Of a stretch of 64,000 bases of DNA, positions 30,008-40,809 are shown one piece after another. A program made the position numbers and the translations under genes. The notes beneath the pieces were generated by a model that was not told the origin of the DNA, made no database searches, and saw only the letters and a program-made list of their open reading frames with translations. Location: assembly GCA_965248755.1 (NCBI GenBank), contig OZ252149.1:3360001-3424000 (forward strand). The letters are read 5' to 3'. The first letter of the stretch is position 1. Every line of letters starts with the position of its first letter. The stretch is from Candidatus Latescibacterota bacterium. Lineage in GTDB: Bacteria; Latescibacterota; CBDEFO01.

Positions 30008-30563
30008 AACGATATTTTCGATTACCGTAACAGCAATTTAGGATTGCCAAAGCATCTGAAAGTCCACCTATAATAACTCTTTAACCTTATTATGTCAAGT
30101 ATTTTCGTTGTGTGTCGATTACTATGTGGATAAAGCTATTGGAAAAGCCTTGGGGAAGTATGCGTCATGTCTCCTTCAGGATCGCATCTCCTATAGGGTC
30201 GGGGCGTGGTGGGCGCGTTACCGGGGTAGCAGCAAGCCAAGCCAATAGGTGAAGTTATCTCAACTACCGAAGCGACCTTGAAGACACCAAATAAACAAGG
30301 TCATCCCCCGAGTGCTTTCTGTCGTTGCTTCACGTAAATATAGGTACCTTCTATGTTATTCAGTAAGTTATGGGAATTAATTCACGTCTCATGAGGCTAC
30401 TCCTTAAAGGTTAAGTACATCTTCAAGGACATCTTATCAGCATGATTTAGACGCTACCTTTCCGAATCAAAGTTAGGGGCTTGATATTATCCTGAATGTA
30501 CGAGAGAAGCTACGAGAAAAGAGCTTAGAAGGTTTCGACCATAAGCGCTTGTTTTCTTATTAG

Positions 30564-30648
30564 TGCCGGGGACGGGACTCGAACCCGTATGTGATTATGT
30601 CACGAGGGATTTTAAGTCCCTTGCGTCTACCAGTTTCGCCACCCCGGC
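30564..30648 (-). tRNA. tRNA-Leu (anticodon TAA)
   Basis: GCCGGGG acceptor stem, D-loop TGGTA, AGGGA-CTTAAAA-TCCCT anticodon arm, long variable arm, GGTTCGAGTCC; CCA not encoded. Upstream TTGACA-17-TATGTT at 30706-30678. Confidence 0.97.
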
Positions 30649-30772
30649 AAAATCGCATGGCGACATATCTACAGGCTAACATAACCAATGCCCAACACTT
30701 TGTCAAGGAGTAATTAATCTGTAAAATGGCATTGTAATAAGATATGTGCAGGCGGCATGAGGGAAATTGTAT

Positions 30773-30801
30773 TTGACAAAAGCTCTGCCGGCTGTTATAT
30801 T
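30773..30801 (+). promoter_or_regulatory. Sigma-70 promoter of mnmA
   Basis: TTGACA-17 bp-TATATT. Confidence 0.65.
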
Positions 30802-30847
30802 TTTTTGACAGTTCTTTCGGATTCATTGGTCCTTAGCCTTGTAGAGA

Positions 30848-31942
30848 ATGGAAATGGAGAATAGACATAACAACAGAATAGTCGTGGGAATGAGCGGTGG
30901 AGTCGATAGCTCAGTCGCAGCGGCTCTGTTAAAGGAGCAGGGGTACGATGTGGTGGGCATAACCATGCAGCTCTGGGATTTTGACAGTGGGTCATATAGC
31001 GTGTGCTGTTCCGTAGACTCCGTAAAGGACGCTAGCTCTGTGTGCCGTAAAATCGGTATTCCGCACTATGTGATAGATCTCAGGGAGCAGTTCAACAGGG
31101 CTGTCGTAGATAACTTTATAAATGAATATATAAATGGGCGCACGCCAAATCCCTGTGTAGTATGCAACAACGAGATAAAATGGGGAAGTCTCCTCAGGAA
31201 GGCCCGGGAGCTCGGAGCCGACAGGATAGCTACTGGTCACTATGCTCAAATAGCAAGGGACAGGAGATTTTCTATCCGATGCGGGCAAGATAAAACAAAG
31301 GATCAGTCGTACTTTTTGTGGGGTTTGAAACAGGAGATGTTGAAAAGGACACTATTCCCCTTAGGTGGACAGACCAAGGAAAATACGCGCAAAATAGCCG
31401 AAGATCTCGGCCTCAACACAGCCCATAAGGCTGAAAGCCAGGAGATATGTTTCGTCCCCGATGGCGATTACAGAAATCTTCTGCTGGAAAGGGCAAAAAG
31501 GATGGACAGCGTTCCCACCTCACTTCAAAATGGGCAGGTAGTCGACAAAGATGGACAGATTGTGGGCCTTCACAGGGGAGTGTCGTTCTATACTATAGGC
31601 CAAAGGAAAGGGGTAGGAATTGCGCTTGGGAAGCCTGTTTACGTTACCGATATAGATGTCCAGAGCAATACTCTGAGGGTCGGGGATGTGGAAGATCTCA
31701 GGCAAAGTGAGTTTACTGCAGCTTATACAAACTGGATTTCCATAGATCCTCCCCAGGGTTCTATCCAAGCTAAGGTCAAGATCAGATACGGGAACGAAGG
31801 TGCCCCGGGGGTAGTCACAGTCTTAGGGGACCAAAGGGTGTCTGTCCAATTGGAAGAATCACAAAAGGCTATTACGCCGGGACAGTCGGCTGTCTTCTAC
31901 GATGGCGATATATTGTTAGGAGGCGGCATAATAGAGAGTTGA
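30848..31942 (+). CDS. mnmA: tRNA 2-thiouridine synthase
   Basis: MSGGVDSSV, TPNPCVVCN, ATGHY, KDQSYFL, ESQEICF, YTIGQRKG, TPGQ. Confidence 0.97.
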   Translation: MEMENRHNNRIVVGMSGGVDSSVAAALLKEQGYDVVGITMQLWDFDSGSYSVCCSVDSVKDASSVCRKIGIPHYVIDLREQFNRAVVDNFINEYINGRTPNPCVVCNNEIKWGSLLRKARELGADRIATGHYAQIARDRRFSIRCGQDKTKDQSYFLWGLKQEMLKRTLFPLGGQTKENTRKIAEDLGLNTAHKAESQEICFVPDGDYRNLLLERAKRMDSVPTSLQNGQVVDKDGQIVGLHRGVSFYTIGQRKGVGIALGKPVYVTDIDVQSNTLRVGDVEDLRQSEFTAAYTNWISIDPPQGSIQAKVKIRYGNEGAPGVVTVLGDQRVSVQLEESQKAITPGQSAVFYDGDILLGGGIIES

Positions 31943-32030
31943 TCGCAGCTTATGCATCTTTTGACAGTAGAGTTTCAATCTCGCGAGTATATGCCACAGC
32001 CCTCTGGAGATATCGGATAAGAAGGAGCAG

Positions 32031-33623
32031 ATGAGAATTTCGGGGAAGGAGGTACAGCTTGGGGTAAAGCGAAGCGGGAATGTCAGTGTCATGCACATAG
32101 TTCTTGCGCTAATATCGGGATTTCTTCTTACCCTATCGTTCCCTCCATTTTGGACAGGCTTTTTGGCTCATCTCGGATTAGTGCCGCTTTTGGTGGCGAT
32201 AGATGGAAGAAACCCAAGGCAAGCCTTCCTTCTAGGATTCGTAAGTGGAATCGCCTTCAACCTGGGAACCCTGTACTGGATTTCGTGGATAACACTGATC
32301 GGGACGTTCGCCGCTGCGTTTGTTTTAGCAATCTATATGGGCGTCTTCTGCTTGCTTTCTGCCTTGATCCTCAGGACTTTCGGTTACAGAGGGATGGGGG
32401 TGATCCCTTTCGTCTGGACAGCTATAGAATATCTCATGTCCTTCGGCGATTTGGGATTTCCCTGGACAGCTTTAGGGAATACACAGACATATTATCTTAG
32501 ACTCATACAGTTTGCGGATATAACGAGTGTCCATGGCGTCTCATTCTGGATTGTGACGGTAAATGTAGTTATCTTCTCTTTAATCGCCAACATGTACAAC
32601 AAACGGAGAGTGATTCTCCTGTTGTGCGCAGCAGCCGCTCTATTTGTCCTCCCTTATATTTATGGGGTCGTCAGGATTCCGGATGATGTTACAGAAAAGG
32701 AGGAAGAAAGGGATATAAGGATAGCGATCGTTCAGCCAAATATCCCTCCCGAAGTCAAATGGGGTCTGAACGGAAGGGACCGGTCGTTTAAGATCTTACG
32801 CCAGATGACGATCGAAGCAGCATCCCAAAATCCCGATCTGATAATATGGCCCGAGACGGCAACGCCGTGTTACATACGCTCAAGCTGGAAATACAGAAAT
32901 ATTGTCCATTTTCTATCTGATTCTCTGGGAGTACCTATACTGACAGGGGCACCTGACTATGAGCCTGAAAAGGAGGAGTCGTATAACTCTGCGTTCCTTT
33001 TCCAGCCCGATACAAAAGTGTTACAAGGATATAATAAAATAAAGTTGGTGCCTGTCTCCGAGACCACTCCCTTTAAAGGCCTTCTTCCGTTTATGGGCAG
33101 AATCAGATGGGGAAACCTTGGAGGATCCGAATGGGACGAATCCAACTTTGATCGGGGCCAGGAGCTGACTCTCTTTTCTTTTGCCAAGGGGAAGTTTTCG
33201 ACTTTGATATGTTTTGAGTCCGTCTTCCCCGATCTTGTGAGGGACTTTGTAAAGAGGGACGCCTCATTTTTAGTGAACATCACGAACGATGCCTGGTTTG
33301 GAAAGTCATCTGCGCCCTATCAGCACGCCCAGATATCCATCTTCAGGGCAATTGAAAACAGAATATGGATTGCGCGGTGCGCCAATACGGGGGTCTCGCT
33401 TTTTATAGACCCGTACGGGAGGAAGTACAAAGAGACTCTGATCTTCGAACCTGCGATGATAGCTCAAAATATCTCCCCCAAAAAAGGGGAGACATTTTTT
33501 ACAGAGTACGGAAACGTCTTTTCTAAAACTTGTGTGGCTTTAACCTTTATGCTTGTCGTATATCTGCTTGCAGACTCCCTTAAACGGAGCAGGAGAACAA
33601 AGGGGGAAGAAGCTCTATGCTGA
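32031..33623 (+). CDS. lnt: Apolipoprotein N-acyltransferase
   Basis: GFPW, VQPNI, WPETA, YNKIKLVP, ICFES, TNDAWF, RAIE, ANTG. Confidence 0.96.
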   Translation: MRISGKEVQLGVKRSGNVSVMHIVLALISGFLLTLSFPPFWTGFLAHLGLVPLLVAIDGRNPRQAFLLGFVSGIAFNLGTLYWISWITLIGTFAAAFVLAIYMGVFCLLSALILRTFGYRGMGVIPFVWTAIEYLMSFGDLGFPWTALGNTQTYYLRLIQFADITSVHGVSFWIVTVNVVIFSLIANMYNKRRVILLLCAAAALFVLPYIYGVVRIPDDVTEKEEERDIRIAIVQPNIPPEVKWGLNGRDRSFKILRQMTIEAASQNPDLIIWPETATPCYIRSSWKYRNIVHFLSDSLGVPILTGAPDYEPEKEESYNSAFLFQPDTKVLQGYNKIKLVPVSETTPFKGLLPFMGRIRWGNLGGSEWDESNFDRGQELTLFSFAKGKFSTLICFESVFPDLVRDFVKRDASFLVNITNDAWFGKSSAPYQHAQISIFRAIENRIWIARCANTGVSLFIDPYGRKYKETLIFEPAMIAQNISPKKGETFFTEYGNVFSKTCVALTFMLVVYLLADSLKRSRRTKGEEALC

Positions 33624-35962
33624 AGGCTCGCAGTGGATTCGAAGTAGTTACGAGAATATTCTGCTCAAGCGTGATCTTTATAGTCTTAGGTCTGATGGGA
33701 TGGAAGTCTTCCTTTGGGCAGATTTGGAGCAATTTCACGAGTATGAACGAAGTAAATGACCTTGTCTTACAAGATGGTGCAATATGGGGCGCCACCAACG
33801 GGGGCGTCTTCAAGTTTGATCTAGCAAAGGAGGAGTTTACTGCGCAATATACGAACCTCGACGGCCTGGCAGGCAACAGAGTCTTATCTATTGATGTGGA
33901 CGACCGAGGAAATATCTGGTTCGGAACAGATGGCAACGGATTGAGCAGATTCTCCTTGGAGTCGGAAAGGTTCGAGGAGACCATCAAGGATTTTGAGGGT
34001 GTCAGGGTCAATGCCATCTTCTCCTATCAGAATAAGCTCTTTGTGGGGACAGAACAGGGCATAAGCGTCTATCTGCCCGATAAAGAGGAGATAAAGGAGA
34101 ACTACCGTCAGTTGGGACGACTCGAAAAGGACCCTGAGATTCTATTCTTGAGCGTCCTTCTAGGGAGGCTATGGGCCGGGTCCGAAGAGGGACTCGCCTG
34201 GGCGGATCTGACTATGCCTAACCTTAAGGATCCTCTAAGCTGGAAGTACCTGAGCACGCTCAGAAACTCCAGGGATGCTGTTTTGGTCGATTCGACGGTC
34301 TTTGTCAGCGGAGAAAAGCGGATATGGGGGGTAAGGGAGGCGTCTGTGGGGTCAAGATATGAGAGTCTAAGCTTCCCTGGACTGTCAGATCCAAGAGATA
34401 GATCCAAATTCATAGGGGTAGACTTTGTTGACGGATCATTAGTGGCGGTGGCATCCAGGCCGCAGTATTCGGTGGCTGGAGTGCCCTTCAACAGGATGAC
34501 CAAAATCTATGAGAAGAGCGAAGATGTCTGGACCGAGGGAACTCAGCTCAACGGTGTTGAGGCCACTGCAATTGCGGTCGGGTCAGATGGAGCGCTGTGG
34601 CTTGGCACGAAGGGCAATGGACTCCTGAAGTTTGTCTTTGGAGCAGAGAGCAGAACATTTGTGCCGAACGGACCCGATTTGAACCACTTTACCGATCTTA
34701 CGATAGACCAAGACGGTTCCCTTTGGGCCTGCTCTGACGAAAAGGATCTGACATTGAACGGAATCAGACGGTTCGACGGGAGGAACTGGGTGCAGTTTTT
34801 AGGCAATCTACGAGGCGCCCAAAGGGCGATAGTGGCGGTAGAAGTGGATGAAGAGAATAATATATGGGCGGGAAGCTGGGGAGGAGGAATAACTGTCGTG
34901 ACAAATAAGGGTCAGAAAGTAGCCCGATTTGATGAGAGCAACAGCATTTTGAGGCCTTTCAGGACCGGGTCTCCAGAATTTGTAGTGACAAACGATATTA
35001 TCAGCGACAACGTAGGCAATATATGGATTTTGAACTTTAATGTGGGAATCGCGGTCTTCGAGAGTCTATCTGGAGGAAGACATGCCCTTTACACGCCGTT
35101 AGATGGCATCCCTGATCCCCAGTCTGAACTCAGGTCGATAGATGTAGCTCTCGACAACATCAAATGGATCGGCACTTTCACGTCTGGAATCTTCCTCTTC
35201 GACGATGGAGGGACTCCCTTCGAAAAGGGGGATGAGGTCTTTATCGTGTTCAATACTGCAACCAATCCCGACGACATTCCGAGCAACAAGATCAGTGATA
35301 TAAAGGTGGACAGGCTTGGAACGGTTTGGGTAGGTACAGACAACGGCGTCAGTGCGATAACAGGCTCATATTCCAGAGTACAGAAGCAATTTGCCATAGA
35401 TCCAAGAAAGACAAGGGTCTATACCACCGATGACGGCCTGCCTTCAAATGCTATTAACGTGATCGAGGTGGATGGGAAGAATAACAAATGGATCGGCACA
35501 GATGGTGGTTTAGTTCAGATCCCCGCAGACGGCGGATCACCGATAGTTTTTAACACTTCAAATAGCGGGATTGTGGATAACAGGGTCAAATCCCTAATCT
35601 TCAACGATAAGACGGGGGAGCTTTTTATAGGTACTCTGGGGGGAGTAGGCAAGCTCAGGACATCGGGAGGAAAGGAGATGACAGTTCAAGTCAAGGTCTT
35701 CCCGAATCCCTTCATAGTAGGTGGAAGCGGTAGAGTGCTGAGTTTTGAGGGTCTGTTAGGTGGATCTCAAATCCAGATATTTACGTTATCTGGCGAAGTT
35801 GTGCGCTCTATCAATGTTCGGGATCCTTTGGGAGAGGATGCCACGTGGGACGGTTTGAACGAATCAGGGTTCTTCGTCGGATCGGGCGTCTATTTCTTCA
35901 CTGTTACAGATGCAGAGGGGAACATCGTCACAGGCAAAATAGCTGTGATGCGCACTCTATAG
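33617..35962 (+). CDS. PorZ-like double beta-propeller protein with C-terminal Ig domain
   Basis: N-terminal WSNFTS, many DxxxNxWxGT blades, C-terminal VFPNPF…IFTLSGEVVR…WDG…SGVYF…GKIAVMR. Confidence 0.75.
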   Translation: MLKARSGFEVVTRIFCSSVIFIVLGLMGWKSSFGQIWSNFTSMNEVNDLVLQDGAIWGATNGGVFKFDLAKEEFTAQYTNLDGLAGNRVLSIDVDDRGNIWFGTDGNGLSRFSLESERFEETIKDFEGVRVNAIFSYQNKLFVGTEQGISVYLPDKEEIKENYRQLGRLEKDPEILFLSVLLGRLWAGSEEGLAWADLTMPNLKDPLSWKYLSTLRNSRDAVLVDSTVFVSGEKRIWGVREASVGSRYESLSFPGLSDPRDRSKFIGVDFVDGSLVAVASRPQYSVAGVPFNRMTKIYEKSEDVWTEGTQLNGVEATAIAVGSDGALWLGTKGNGLLKFVFGAESRTFVPNGPDLNHFTDLTIDQDGSLWACSDEKDLTLNGIRRFDGRNWVQFLGNLRGAQRAIVAVEVDEENNIWAGSWGGGITVVTNKGQKVARFDESNSILRPFRTGSPEFVVTNDIISDNVGNIWILNFNVGIAVFESLSGGRHALYTPLDGIPDPQSELRSIDVALDNIKWIGTFTSGIFLFDDGGTPFEKGDEVFIVFNTATNPDDIPSNKISDIKVDRLGTVWVGTDNGVSAITGSYSRVQKQFAIDPRKTRVYTTDDGLPSNAINVIEVDGKNNKWIGTDGGLVQIPADGGSPIVFNTSNSGIVDNRVKSLIFNDKTGELFIGTLGGVGKLRTSGGKEMTVQVKVFPNPFIVGGSGRVLSFEGLLGGSQIQIFTLSGEVVRSINVRDPLGEDATWDGLNESGFFVGSGVYFFTVTDAEGNIVTGKIAVMRTL

Positions 35963-36058
35963 TAATAATCCTAATCTTTCGACCGAGTATTAGAGGGGCT
36001 TAAATGCCCCATTTCTATAACGTCATTGCGAGCAAAGCGAAGCGATCTGCACAAACTC

Positions 36059-37540
36059 ATGTTTGAAAAGATAAAAGGATTGGCGCGGCATACGGCCGTC
36101 TACGGCATTGGAGATACGGCAGGGCGTGCTATTGGACTAATTCTCCTGCCCCTGTACACGTCGGTGTTTTCCCGTGAGGTGATAGGAGCGATGACACTGG
36201 CATTTTCCCTGGCGGCGTTCGCGGGCATCTTTTACACGTTGGGGATGAACTACGCTGTCCTTCGCTATTTTGCAGGTGATGTGGAGAAGGACGATCGCAT
36301 GAGGATACTCAGCACAGAATTTACCTTTCTGCTTCTCGTATCGGCCATCCTATCGCTGGTGCTGTGGAGATCTTCCGAGTCGGTGGGGAACATCTTCTTC
36401 GGAGTCCCCGGATGGGACCATCTTGTAAGGATGGTTGCAGTTATACTCTTTTTAGACACATTGTCCTCTATGTGCATGGTCGTCCTCCGAGCGCAAGAGA
36501 GGTCCGGGACGTATACTATCATCACACTTCTTAGGCTCTTTTCCAGTCTTGTGCTCAATATATATCTTGTGACCCACAGAAGAGAGGTAGAAGCCGTATT
36601 TGAAGCTAACATTATTACCTCTGCCCTCGTGTTTTTGGTCTCTTTTCCCTTTGTAGCCAACTATCTTAGACCTTACATCTCCATCGTCTGGCTGGAGAAG
36701 CTCCTCAAGTTCGGGCTGGTCTTTGTCCCTTCCGTCTTTTGTGTGATGATTATCGAGGTTTCGGACAGGTATCTTCTCCGAAGGTTTCTAAATTTAGAAG
36801 AGGTCGGAATCTATTCAGTATGCTATAAGTTGGGTTTGGTATCGTTATTTTTGGCAAGGGCGTTCAGCCTGGCTTGGCCGACCTTTTTTCTATCGCTGTC
36901 ACAAAATGCGAATGCTCCAGATCCTGAGGAAGCAAAGAGCGTTTACGCAAGGGTCATGACATATTTCATTTTAGCCTCGGTCTTCGTGATGCTAGCAACG
37001 TCGGTCTTTGCAAGGGACATCGTACGCTTTCTTCCGACTCCTGATCCCCTCACAGACTACACAAGGGGCTGGAAGGTGATACCTGTAGTCTGTCTGGCTT
37101 ACACATTCTACGGCGTCTATATCAATCTGATGGCAGGCGTGTTTATAAAAGACAAGACGGGTTACCTTCCGTTTGTCACTGGAGTAGGGGCGTTCATAAA
37201 TGTAGTTCTGAACATAGTTTTGATACCGATTATCGGAATGATGGGGGCGGCTCTATCGACCTTGGCGGCGTACGCAGTTATGGTCGGCTCTCTTTATGCT
37301 GTAACGCACAGGGTCTATCGTATCGTCTATGAGTTCGACCGGATCCTCAAAATAGCCCTGTCAGGAGCCGTAGTCTTTGTTGTAGGGGTTATCCTGCTGG
37401 TAGAGGGCGGAGAATCGGGAAGTTTCTTTAACACAGGTTTTAAGATTGCATCGCTTGGAGGGTATTTTCTGCTGTTATGGGCGTTCGGGTTCTTCTATGA
37501 CGAGGAGAAAGCTTTGATCAGTAGAAAATTGAGGATCTAA
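36059..37540 (+). CDS. Oligosaccharide flippase (Wzx/MOP family)
   Basis: Polytopic membrane protein; LLPLYT, SDRYLL…EVGIYS, IGMMGAALST. The ORF-track TTG start at 36026 lies in a REP. Confidence 0.88.
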   Translation: MFEKIKGLARHTAVYGIGDTAGRAIGLILLPLYTSVFSREVIGAMTLAFSLAAFAGIFYTLGMNYAVLRYFAGDVEKDDRMRILSTEFTFLLLVSAILSLVLWRSSESVGNIFFGVPGWDHLVRMVAVILFLDTLSSMCMVVLRAQERSGTYTIITLLRLFSSLVLNIYLVTHRREVEAVFEANIITSALVFLVSFPFVANYLRPYISIVWLEKLLKFGLVFVPSVFCVMIIEVSDRYLLRRFLNLEEVGIYSVCYKLGLVSLFLARAFSLAWPTFFLSLSQNANAPDPEEAKSVYARVMTYFILASVFVMLATSVFARDIVRFLPTPDPLTDYTRGWKVIPVVCLAYTFYGVYINLMAGVFIKDKTGYLPFVTGVGAFINVVLNIVLIPIIGMMGAALSTLAAYAVMVGSLYAVTHRVYRIVYEFDRILKIALSGAVVFVVGVILLVEGGESGSFFNTGFKIASLGGYFLLLWAFGFFYDEEKALISRKLRI

Positions 37541-37564
37541 GGTAGGTTATCGGTAGTTCTAGCA

Positions 37565-38176
37565 TCATTTTGAATAGAGCTTCCTGCTCTTTATATAGCC
37601 CAAGACCTGATCGGGGACGATATATCTTATCGGCTCTTTTTGTCTGATCCGGAGGCGTATGTCAGTGGAGGAAATCTGGATGTGCGGAACGTCAATAAAC
37701 TCCATTTTTTCAATAAGATCAGAATCGGCGCCTTTTGTATTTTTTGCGTGGAGCCCACTACGACTCGCTACAACTACAGTACAGAGCTCGAATATGCCCC
37801 TGGGATTGTGCCAGGTAGGGATCTGGGAGACGTTGTCGGAGCCGATTATGAGGAATATCTCCGTCTGGCAAGACAGATCTTTCCTCATCTGCTTCAAAGT
37901 GTCAAACGTATAGGACCTTCCGCCCCTTTCCAATTCCATAGTCGAGACCTGAAAACAGGGGTTCCCATCCACGGCCATCTTGACCATCTTCAATCTGTCC
38001 TGGGATGGAGCCATCTCTTTATATTCTTTGTGAGGTGGATCTCGAGAGGGCATAAAGATTACCTTTTCCAGATCGAGTATTTTCAGGACGTCCTGCGCTA
38101 TTATCAGGTGACCTAAATGTATGGGGTCAAACGTTCCCCCCAAAAGTCCTATCCGTAACGCACCTGCCACGCTCAT
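37565..38176 (-). CDS. nadD: Nicotinate-nucleotide adenylyltransferase
   Basis: GGTFDPIHLGH, PPHK, SYTFDTL, IIGSD, ISSTDIR. Confidence 0.97.
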   Translation of the reverse strand: MSVAGALRIGLLGGTFDPIHLGHLIIAQDVLKILDLEKVIFMPSRDPPHKEYKEMAPSQDRLKMVKMAVDGNPCFQVSTMELERGGRSYTFDTLKQMRKDLSCQTEIFLIIGSDNVSQIPTWHNPRGIFELCTVVVASRSGLHAKNTKGADSDLIEKMEFIDVPHIQISSTDIRLRIRQKEPIRYIVPDQVLGYIKSRKLYSK

Positions 38177-38925
38177 CTTTTTCCCTGGGTCCTCTGTATC
38201 TTATTTATCTTCTGGTAGGCCTTCCTTAAAAGATTCTTATTCGAATTTCTCTCTGTCACCTTGCTGAAGGCATTCAGTGCCTCATCAAACTTACCCTGAT
38301 CCAGGAGTATTTCCCCCTTGCCGAACTGGGCGTAGGATACCCAGTTAGTGTCATCGTAGAGATTCAGGACCTCATTGTAATAGATAAGCGCCGCTTCCTT
38401 GTCACCTAATTTAGAATAATCTTTTCCCGCCAGATAGAGCTTTTCGGCCAGCTTGTCTCTGCATTTTGATATGTACTTTTGGGCTTCCTCAGATAGCGAG
38501 CTTTCGGGGTAATTCCTCTGGAACAGTGCAAAGAGCCTAGAAGCCTTTTCGGTTTCAGACTGATCCAGTTTTACAGGGAGAGATTGTTCAAAGTGACAAC
38601 GGGCGATCTGAAATTCAGCTCTTTCCACAAATGGACTCCTGCGGTGGTTTTCTATCACCCTTTCGTACTCGAATATAGCTTCAGTGTACTGCTCGCTGCA
38701 AAAATAGGCGTTTCCCAATCTGTACTGTGCGTCATCGGAAAGGTCCGATCCAGGAAAACTTGTGACCACCTTACTAAAGGTCTCTATAGCCTCCAGGCAT
38801 TTCCCCTTCTTTAGGGCTCTATCTGCCCGATCATAATAGTACTGAGCGTCCTTTGTGACCGCTACTTGCCCACCGACGCATCCGAACAGAAAAAGGAGTG
38901 GGACTATGTATTTTGTGAGCTTCAT
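38173..38925 (-). CDS. bamD: Outer membrane assembly lipoprotein BamD
   Basis: Lipobox LFGC, TPRs, LDQSET…LAEK…Y pattern. Confidence 0.85.
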   Translation of the reverse strand: MKLTKYIVPLLFLFGCVGGQVAVTKDAQYYYDRADRALKKGKCLEAIETFSKVVTSFPGSDLSDDAQYRLGNAYFCSEQYTEAIFEYERVIENHRRSPFVERAEFQIARCHFEQSLPVKLDQSETEKASRLFALFQRNYPESSLSEEAQKYISKCRDKLAEKLYLAGKDYSKLGDKEAALIYYNEVLNLYDDTNWVSYAQFGKGEILLDQGKFDEALNAFSKVTERNSNKNLLRKAYQKINKIQRTQGKR

Positions 38926-39034
38926 CTTTTTCCTTAAGGAGTTTTTCGACCACCTCGTGGCTTGCCCCCGATTGAATCTATCGAGGGCTTGCTATCTCCC
39001 GAGCCAAGTGGACACGCCACCTTTTCGGGGGTCG

Positions 39035-39850
39035 TTATCTGTTGGAAAAGAAAAGGTATATAAGCCCCCCGACCACTCCAGAGGCGATTATGGGTTCCAA
39101 TATCTTCCCCAGGTTCTTTCCGGACAGTTGGGATTTTGCAAAATTGTAATCTTCCACCTCAACTTTTGAAAGGTGCTTGACAGGAAAGGTATCAAACGAC
39201 TCAAAGCCGCCCGGTCCCTGCCAAAGTACCCGACCATCGGCCGGATCTGTCGCCTGCAGTGAAAACCTAACTCTGACCAACCTCTTTGCCATCTTCTCTC
39301 CGATCAGCCCCTTTCGGTTCTTCCCCAAGTAATCTGTCCTGATCTCCTCAACTCTGTAGGAAAGACGCATGGGGGAACCGGGGCTGACAAAAATGGTATT
39401 GTCGGGCGGCGGCGTGAGACTATCGTGTTGTGCGCTGTTTTCCTGGTCGTCAATCACGACGCGGAATCCTCTTTTAATCAGCTCCTCAAGAAGGGCGTTT
39501 TCTATAATCCAGTTTGCTTCATGCTGGCTTCTGGATGCTAACAGAATCGTCCTCTTCAGGTTCTCTGTCGAGTAAGGAGTCAGGGATTGACCTGGATCGA
39601 AGATTGAGGGTGAACCATCTGCTATCAAGCTATCTATCACATCTGAGACAGCCCTGGCAACAGTCAATCTTATTACGTCTAAGTTTGTGTCAAAGTCCGG
39701 GTGTAGGGATGCACCCTCTTTTCCCTCCAGGGGTTCTTCCATACTTTTGGGCGAGACCTTTTGTGCGCCCGCGGGATCGGCTTTTTCATCTCCCCACAAC
39801 GGAGCGTCCCAGATAAGAAGGGCCGTCAATAATAGCAGTGATTCTTTCAA
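39035..39850 (-). CDS. Hypothetical exported protein with C-terminal hydrophobic anchor
   Basis: Signal-peptide-like N-terminus; C-terminal EPIIASGVVGGLIYLFF; co-oriented in the operon. Confidence 0.7.
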   Translation of the reverse strand: MKESLLLLTALLIWDAPLWGDEKADPAGAQKVSPKSMEEPLEGKEGASLHPDFDTNLDVIRLTVARAVSDVIDSLIADGSPSIFDPGQSLTPYSTENLKRTILLASRSQHEANWIIENALLEELIKRGFRVVIDDQENSAQHDSLTPPPDNTIFVSPGSPMRLSYRVEEIRTDYLGKNRKGLIGEKMAKRLVRVRFSLQATDPADGRVLWQGPGGFESFDTFPVKHLSKVEVEDYNFAKSQLSGKNLGKILEPIIASGVVGGLIYLFFSNR

Positions 39851-39911
39851 TTTTATCCTCTATATACCTTGTGAATAGTGGACAGGTAACAGGAGGGAAG
39901 CGGTACCCTGC

Positions 39912-40754
39912 CTAACGTCTACTGACTTGGAGCTTCTCAAGGATCAGCTTGGCTTTTTTGACCCATTCGCTGTTGGGGAACTTTTCGATCATCTTGCTAA
40001 ACTCCTCAATGGCCTTGTCCTTATGTTCGAGCCTAAGATAACAATATCCTATCATAAGTTGAGCATCGTCGTCCTTTTCGGTGTTTTGATACTTGAAGAC
40101 ATTCTGGAAGGATACCAGGGCCTGTGTGTAATCTCCCAGTGCGTAGTAGGATTCCCCGATCCAGTACTGTGCGTTGTCGGCTAAGTTGCTCAACGGAGCA
40201 AGGACCAATATATCTTTGAACTTTTCGATAGCCCGTTCGTATTTCTTATCCTTCCGGTCTTGGAGCGCCGCATCGTAGGAGGCCTTCACGTCGTATCCTC
40301 CGGACCTCACAGTGCTTGGAGGAGCCCCTGTTGCTATGGCTTGTTGCATCTGTTTTTCCAGTTCTTTTATACGGTCCTCCAGCTGGACGATTCTCAGATC
40401 AAGCTTCGTTGTCCTTTCGTCCTCTCTGGCAGTAGGGGCGTCTTTTCCTCGCTCCAGAGCATCCACTCGAGCCGTCAGACCCTCTACCTGTATTTTCATA
40501 TAGGAGTTAATGTCGTCCTCTAAGGCCTCAACTTCCCTTTTAAGCTGATCGTTGGATGTCTCCAAGCTGCTCACAGCCTTCTTACTAGCTGCCCCGCATC
40601 CTGAGAGTAAGAGGAAAGCCAGTAGACAGGGAAAACCGGTAGACAGTAGAGAGCAGCCCCCGATAGATTCAATCGGGGGAGACAGGGCAGCCCTTCCACT
40701 CCTGTATGCTGTATATTCTTTGCTGTCTACTTTTCTTCTGCGTAGCCTCTTCAT
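39912..40754 (-). CDS. cpoB: Tol-Pal CpoB/YbgF-like lipoprotein
   Basis: Lipobox LSGC, coiled coil, LADNAQYWIGESYY TPR; ATG 40754 follows a GGAGG RBS. Confidence 0.82.
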   Translation of the reverse strand: MKRLRRRKVDSKEYTAYRSGRAALSPPIESIGGCSLLSTGFPCLLAFLLLSGCGAASKKAVSSLETSNDQLKREVEALEDDINSYMKIQVEGLTARVDALERGKDAPTAREDERTTKLDLRIVQLEDRIKELEKQMQQAIATGAPPSTVRSGGYDVKASYDAALQDRKDKKYERAIEKFKDILVLAPLSNLADNAQYWIGESYYALGDYTQALVSFQNVFKYQNTEKDDDAQLMIGYCYLRLEHKDKAIEEFSKMIEKFPNSEWVKKAKLILEKLQVSRR

Positions 40755-40809
40755 CTTTTCCTCCCTTAACATACAGAATCAAGACCATCTGAATTTTACG
40801 GTTAAGTTT

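Noticed and set aside
30060..30560. Integrase or att remnant downstream of tRNA-Leu
   Set aside because: Only a faint GH…M…RY resemblance across a frameshift, and no duplicated tRNA 3' end was seen.
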